A stretch of 64,000 bases of DNA from the NCBI GenBank assembly GCA_965227295.1, contig OZ245742.1, positions 3,328,001 to 3,392,000 of the forward strand, in the 5' to 3' direction. The first letter of the stretch is position 1, and each line of letters begins with the position of its first letter. The stretch comes from Leptonemataceae bacterium. Lineage in GTDB: Bacteria > Spirochaetota > Leptospiria > Leptospirales > Leptonemataceae. Shown here in pieces: positions 58,970 through 64,000 of this stretch. The position numbers were made by a program, and so were the translations under genes. Under the pieces are notes generated by a model. It saw only the letters and a list, made by a program, of their open reading frames with translations. It ran no database searches and was not told the origin of the DNA.

Positions 58970-59671
58970 GTGAAGTTTGCGGCACACCTGCCATATCCCG
59001 GCCGACCGGCCAATCGCCGATTGCTCAAGATCTGCGGCAACCGTTTTGCGGAGGACGCCTTTTTGGTGGCCGCCGCCGGCCCGGACCTCATGGGCTGGAT
59101 CTTTTCGCCAAAGAGCCCGCGGCGCATTCCCGTGAACCTGGCCGCGCGCCTGATCCAGACGCTGCGCCGGGAGCATCCGTACATTCGTCACGTCGGGGTC
59201 TTTGCGCGGAACAGCGTGCCGGAGGTCCTGGGCATCGATGCGGCCCTGAGTGAACCCGACGGCCGGCCGCTGCTGGACTTTTTGCAGATTGTGGAGGGAC
59301 CTGGTTTTCTCTCAGTCATCGCGCAGCATGGGCGATTCTTTGATCGCATTCTGCCGGTACTGCGCGTGTCCCGTCCGTTGACGGACCTGGACTTCGCCGC
59401 CCTCGGGCATCATGCCCTGTACTTGATGGATGCGTACGTCCCGGGCCGGCCCGGGGGAACGGGGCGGAGACTCGCGCCGGAGTTCGTCGCGCATGTCCGC
59501 CGGCCCTATCTCCTCGCGGGGGGATTGAAACCCGACAACGTTGCCGAAGCTCTGCGATTGTCCGGGGCCGCCGGCGCGGATGTGAGCTCCGGCCTGGAAA
59601 TTCCGGGACTACCCGGGCGCAAAGATCCGGCGTTGGTTCGCGGTTTCGTCGCGGCGGTGCGGGGGATATAA
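58970..59671 (+). CDS. trpF: Phosphoribosylanthranilate isomerase
   Basis: LKICG, GWIFSPKSPR, VGVF, DAYVPGRPGGTG, LAGGLKPDNV, DVSSGLE, KD. Confidence 0.92.
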   Translation: MKFAAHLPYPGRPANRRLLKICGNRFAEDAFLVAAAGPDLMGWIFSPKSPRRIPVNLAARLIQTLRREHPYIRHVGVFARNSVPEVLGIDAALSEPDGRPLLDFLQIVEGPGFLSVIAQHGRFFDRILPVLRVSRPLTDLDFAALGHHALYLMDAYVPGRPGGTGRRLAPEFVAHVRRPYLLAGGLKPDNVAEALRLSGAAGADVSSGLEIPGLPGRKDPALVRGFVAAVRGI

Positions 59672-59787
59672 ACTTCTTCTATCCACATCCTATCCACGCA
59701 CTTCAAAATGTTCACAGTGCCCGTTGAATACTTGCGCTCCCATCGTGCGGCGTTCATGCTGTCCGGATTACGTCGCATTCAAGAATT

Positions 59788-62409
59788 ATGGCAGCAGCAC
59801 AGAAATCAGCAACGCGCAAATCCGCATCGTCGAAGAGCAGCGATCCCCTCGATACGCCGTTCATGCGGCAGTATCTGGAACTCAAAGACCAACACCCGGA
59901 CGCGATTCTCTTTTTTCGTATGGGGGACTTCTACGAACTCTTCCTGGAAGATGCGGAAATTGCCGCGCCCATCATGGACGTCGCGCTTACGAAGCGCCAG
60001 AACGAAATCCCCATGTGCGGCGTGCCCCATCACAGCACCGAAACTTACATTGCCCGACTGTTAGGCCGCGGCAAACGCGTGGCCGTGGCCGAGCAGGAGG
60101 CCGACCCGGAAAACCCGAAGCTCATGCGGCGCGTGGTGCGGCGGGTGATCACCCAGGGCACCGTGGTCGAAGACTCGCTCCTGGACGGGGCGGGGCATAA
60201 CTTTCTCATGAGCGTGGTGCCGAACGAAGAGTGCGACGGCGCCGGCATCGCCGTGGCGGACGTATCCACCGGCGACTTCTTTTGTTTCGAAACGCAACCC
60301 TCGGGAACCGGCGAGCCCCGTGCCGACTTTACCCAGGCCCTGCGCGACGCGTTCTCGCACTACGTGCCCCGGGAAATTCTGGTGCCCACGGATTTTCTTA
60401 AGTTCGCGCAGAATGTCTTTAGCGAGAGCCCTGGAGCCTGCGTACCCGTCGAGGACTGGCGCGCGTCGCCCACCGAGGGCCGCCGGCAGATCGAACAGAA
60501 GTTCGCAACGAAGTTGAAGGGACTTGGATTCCCGGAGGACGCCGAGCGTTCCCCGTTACCGTCCCTCGGCGCCGTTGCCCTGGTCTTGCACTACGTCAAT
60601 CGTACGTTTCCCAACGACGACGTGCAACTGAGTCCGCCGGTCTTTCGCAGCGTACGGGATCGGTACATGGTCCTGGACGAACAGAGCATTCGTAATCTGG
60701 ACCTGGTTTCGAATGCCGTCGAGGGCGGCGCGTCCCGTTCGCTCTACGGCGTGCTGGACCAATGTCGTACGCCGGTGGGTAAACGTTATCTGAAGCAAAG
60801 TTTACTGGCGCCGTTGCTGGATGCCGAAGAAATCGCGCGGCGACAGGACATCGTCGAGGTCTTCGCCGAACGCCTGGGGCTGCGCGAGAATCTTACGGCC
60901 GGGCTCGGTCAGGTCTACGATCTGGAGCGCGTGCTTTCGCGCACGGCCGCCGGTCGTGGCGCCCCCCGGGACTTCGCGGCCCTCACGAATACGGTGCGGG
61001 CCGCGGAAAGTCTCGGCGGTCTGTTGAACGCCGCAGCCGGGGAAGATGCGGAACAACTGCGGGGTCTGATCAGCGTACCCGGAGAGCTCATGCAACTCGC
61101 GGTGCACTTCGAAGAGCACATTGTCGACGAACCGCCGGCCGTTCTGGGTAACGGCCCGCTGATCCGGGCCGGAGTGGACGAAGAACTGGACCGCGCCCGC
61201 GAGGCCCAGGAGCGCGGCTCGCGCTGGATCGCCGACTTCGAAAAAGAAGAACGCGACAAAACCGGCATTACGGCCCTGCGCGTGAAGTACAACAAAATCC
61301 ACGGCTACTTCATCGAGATCAGCAAGGGCCAGGCCGACCAGGCCCCCGGCGATTACGTGCGGCGGCAGACTTTGGTGGGCTACGAACGTTTCACCAGCGA
61401 TCGCTTAGAAGAACTTCAGCGTACCTTACTGGAAGCCGACGAGGTCATCACCCGCGTCGAGGGCCGCCTCTTCCGCGACCTGGGGCACCTGATGCTGCAA
61501 CACACCGACGCCCTGCGCCGGCTCATGCGATCCATCGCGCACCTGGACTTTCTGTTGAGCCTGGCCCGGTGCGCGGTGAGCGGCAACTGGGTGCGCCCGG
61601 AAATGTTCGCCCTGGACGAGGATGGTGCCGCCGGCGAGCTCGTAATCCGCGACGGCCGGCATCCGGTGGTCGAGAAGTTTCTGCCCACGGGCGACGCCTT
61701 TATCCCGAACGATTCCATTATGGATACGACGGAGCGGCGTTACGCGATCATCACCGGGCCGAACATGGCCGGTAAGTCGACGTACATCCGGCAACTCGGC
61801 CTCATTCAACTGCTCGCGCAGATCGGTTCGTTCGTGCCGGCGGCCGGAGCGCAGTTGCCCATCGTCGATCGCATCTTTACGCGGATCGGCGCCTCGGACA
61901 ATCTGACCCGCGGCGAGTCCACGTTCTTCGTGGAAATGCTGGAAACCGCGCGGATCCTGAATCAGTGCAGCCCCCGTTCGCTTGTGATCATGGACGAGGT
62001 CGGTCGCGGCACATCCACGTACGACGGCATCTCGTTGGCCTGGGCCATCACGGAATTCCTCAGCGACGACGCCGGTCCGCGGCCGCTCACGGTCTTCGCG
62101 ACGCACTATCACGAACTCACGGTCCTGGCCGAGCGCGAGGGTGTGTTCAATCTTACCATGGACGTTCAGGACACCGGCGACCGCGTGATCTTTCTGCACA
62201 AGGTCAAAGAGGGCGCCGCGGACCGCAGTTACGGCATCCACGTTGCGAAACTCGCCGGCCTGCCGGAGTCGGTGCTAACCCGCGCGAACGAAAAGTTAGC
62301 GGAGTTGGAGTCGGATCTGGATCGCAATCGTGAAGAAACGCGCAAAGCGGCCACGACGGCCCGGCGGCGGAAGATGGACGAGGACGCGCAGGGCGAGTTG
62401 TTCGGTTGA
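59788..62409 (+). CDS. mutS: DNA mismatch repair protein MutS
   Basis: FRMGDFYELF, ITGPNMAGKST, STFFVEM, MDEVGRGTST, FATHYHEL, RSYGIHVA. Confidence 0.98.
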   Translation: MAAAQKSATRKSASSKSSDPLDTPFMRQYLELKDQHPDAILFFRMGDFYELFLEDAEIAAPIMDVALTKRQNEIPMCGVPHHSTETYIARLLGRGKRVAVAEQEADPENPKLMRRVVRRVITQGTVVEDSLLDGAGHNFLMSVVPNEECDGAGIAVADVSTGDFFCFETQPSGTGEPRADFTQALRDAFSHYVPREILVPTDFLKFAQNVFSESPGACVPVEDWRASPTEGRRQIEQKFATKLKGLGFPEDAERSPLPSLGAVALVLHYVNRTFPNDDVQLSPPVFRSVRDRYMVLDEQSIRNLDLVSNAVEGGASRSLYGVLDQCRTPVGKRYLKQSLLAPLLDAEEIARRQDIVEVFAERLGLRENLTAGLGQVYDLERVLSRTAAGRGAPRDFAALTNTVRAAESLGGLLNAAAGEDAEQLRGLISVPGELMQLAVHFEEHIVDEPPAVLGNGPLIRAGVDEELDRAREAQERGSRWIADFEKEERDKTGITALRVKYNKIHGYFIEISKGQADQAPGDYVRRQTLVGYERFTSDRLEELQRTLLEADEVITRVEGRLFRDLGHLMLQHTDALRRLMRSIAHLDFLLSLARCAVSGNWVRPEMFALDEDGAAGELVIRDGRHPVVEKFLPTGDAFIPNDSIMDTTERRYAIITGPNMAGKSTYIRQLGLIQLLAQIGSFVPAAGAQLPIVDRIFTRIGASDNLTRGESTFFVEMLETARILNQCSPRSLVIMDEVGRGTSTYDGISLAWAITEFLSDDAGPRPLTVFATHYHELTVLAEREGVFNLTMDVQDTGDRVIFLHKVKEGAADRSYGIHVAKLAGLPESVLTRANEKLAELESDLDRNREETRKAATTARRRKMDEDAQGELFG

Positions 62410-62462
62410 GTCCGTCAGCTGAGGCAGGAGAGGGTGAGAGCGTCCTTGGTGGGATTCAATCT

Positions 62463-63245
62463 CTACGAGAAGGTGAACTCGAAAGAATCTCGATATTGAA
62501 TTCCCGGGCAGTATTTTCGGAAAAGCTTTGCCAGTTCTACTTCAATATCTCCGGATGGATTCCCAAGTCTATAGTATGAATGGAATGGTTGATAATGTGT
62601 TTCTAAAAGAGAGCGCTCCGAGTTGGTGATTTTTTCGTTACTCAGAATCTCCTTCATCATTTTGAGACTGATACGGACAGGAATTTCTCCTGGCCTCAGT
62701 TTCGCCTGCTTGACTGAAACTTGTGCTTGAGTCGTATACGTGCCTGAGCTATAGAGTTTGCGCCGGGCGTTGCTGACGATCTTTAACAATTCGAGACTGA
62801 GCGCTTCTGCAAGAAACGGCGAATACATGAACATCTTTGATTTGCCACTCGAAGAGTCTAAATATCGAATGTCGGCAAAATTGATGTGGCTTATCTGATC
62901 CAGCATGCTCTGACCATCCTGACTCAGACTGCCCCGAATGTTTAGCTGCAAATCATTGACTATGGCTTGAATATTGTGTCCATAGTTGCGAATCTCTCTG
63001 GGCGGTTTCTTCGGCTGCTCTATCGCGAGAAGCATTTTGAGCGATTTCTCAGTGAACGCCATAAGATGCTGTATTTGAGTGGTAATATCAGGCCATGGCA
63101 AGCTGTCCGTAATCCCGCTGCCATTCGCATTCGTTTCGATTGGCATACTCACATACATGGATAGATTTTTGCTATCAAGGATGTTCTTTTTTATGTAGTG
63201 ATAGTCGTAAAGGGCTGCCATGTAGAGTCGATCAATATGGTTCAT
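62463..63245 (-). CDS. HEPN-like domain protein, AT-rich
   Basis: FTEKSLKMLL...YGHNI...DIRY resembles the E.xLK / GH / RY pattern of HEPN domains; base composition is visibly lower in GC than the flanks. Confidence 0.55.
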   Translation of the reverse strand: MNHIDRLYMAALYDYHYIKKNILDSKNLSMYVSMPIETNANGSGITDSLPWPDITTQIQHLMAFTEKSLKMLLAIEQPKKPPREIRNYGHNIQAIVNDLQLNIRGSLSQDGQSMLDQISHINFADIRYLDSSSGKSKMFMYSPFLAEALSLELLKIVSNARRKLYSSGTYTTQAQVSVKQAKLRPGEIPVRISLKMMKEILSNEKITNSERSLLETHYQPFHSYYRLGNPSGDIEVELAKLFRKYCPGIQYRDSFEFTFS

Positions 63246-63730
63246 TAGAGCACCGTGGGGTTTTCAGAGGCATACCAGGCGTAAGTTATGCCAGCTTTAC
63301 AAGTCTTTTCTGATCCTCCGGCAGGCTGCTAAAGACGTCGAAGTATCCTGCGATTTCACGGTGCTGGTCCAGAGTTCGCCATGCGCGGCGAAGATTCGCA
63401 CCGATCAGTGATCCAATGTTTGACGCGTGGATGGCCAGGCATTCGCGTATGCTGGTAGCTTGCTGCTTCGGCTGCGGGTGATTGCAAACATCCACTCGCC
63501 TCCGATTAAGCCGCTCCCTCCGCAAAACGGCGGACAACTCCACGAATGTCCGCCGTTTCGCAGGACGTCGTCCATCAGTCAGAACCATCGTCGCGCACTC
63601 GCCGGACATTCTTTGCGCGGTCCCATCAAACGCCGACCAAATGCTAACTTTTTCTGAACTTTTCTTAGCGAGTTCGTGAATTTCGCGCGATGTTGCTTGA
63701 CGATCTCCCTCGCTGCGCTCTCACGAGTGT

Positions 63731-64000
63731 ATGAATTATATTAATGTTTATGCGAAAAGAATAATTATAATTCAAGTCGGGTTTTGTATGATCGGCATGG
63801 CCGGTTGCCTCGACTTGTTGAAGGGCGGCGGCGGTGACAGTGCAATCGATGCTACCGCGGCGCTGCCGCTTCTATTCCTGGGCGGCTCCGGAGCACAGCC
63901 CCTGGATGTCGACGGGGACGGCATCAGTGACGGCAACGCGTACGACAGCAACGGGGACGGTGTCCTCGACGCCGTCGCGTGGACGTTGACTCCGGGCAGT
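63731..64000 (+). CDS. Putative lipoprotein, 5' fragment, with DxDGDG calcium-binding-like motifs
   Basis: Manual translation MNYINVYAKRIIIIQVGFCMIGMAGC...DVDGDGISD...DSNGDGVLD; open to the window edge. Confidence 0.65.
   Translation, partial: MNYINVYAKRIIIIQVGFCMIGMAGCLDLLKGGGGDSAIDATAALPLLFLGGSGAQPLDVDGDGISDGNAYDSNGDGVLDAVAWTLTPGS

Noticed and set aside
59678..59700. Tandem DnaA-box-like CTATCCAC(A/G) upstream of mutS
   Set aside because: Only two imperfect matches to TTATCCACA, with no AT-rich unwinding region or dnaA context.
63286..63609. 107-aa ORF upstream of the HEPN-like gene as an antitoxin partner
   Set aside because: No nucleotidyltransferase (GS...D.D) or HTH motif and weak coding signal.

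Overview
High-GC bacterial chromosomal segment, most likely from a Leptospirales/Leptospiraceae spirochaete. This is inferred from a LipL41-like lipoprotein, two Leptospira-type SpoIIE phosphatases, ccr and an SspB-like gene. Housekeeping genes (lon, lpxL-like, purT, rnpB, ccr, msbA-like, dgt, crcB, leuB, trpF, mutS) are interleaved with accessory loci. Three features stand out. (1) An eight-gene minus-strand cluster at 19066-26938 encodes a degenerate PII protein, an Fn3 membrane protein, a Dur3-like Na+/solute symporter, a 40-aa membrane peptide, a carbamoyltransferase lacking the aspartate beta-carboxylate-binding residues, an N-carbamoyl-amino-acid hydrolase, an isochorismatase-family amidase and an AsnB-type amidotransferase. 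It reads like a make/import/recycle pathway for an N-carbamoyl amino-acid amide, with N-alpha-carbamoyl-L-glutamine 1-amide as a candidate product. (2) A non-coding degenerate tandem repeat of about 330 bp, with an optional co-varying hairpin module, brackets the lipid A acyltransferase gene. (3) An ATP-grasp + GHMP kinase + TRAP transporter operon lies at 2413-8251. Several families of structured REP/MITE-like intergenic elements are present, and an AT-rich HEPN-like gene follows mutS. All calls come from reading motifs by eye; no database searches were run.
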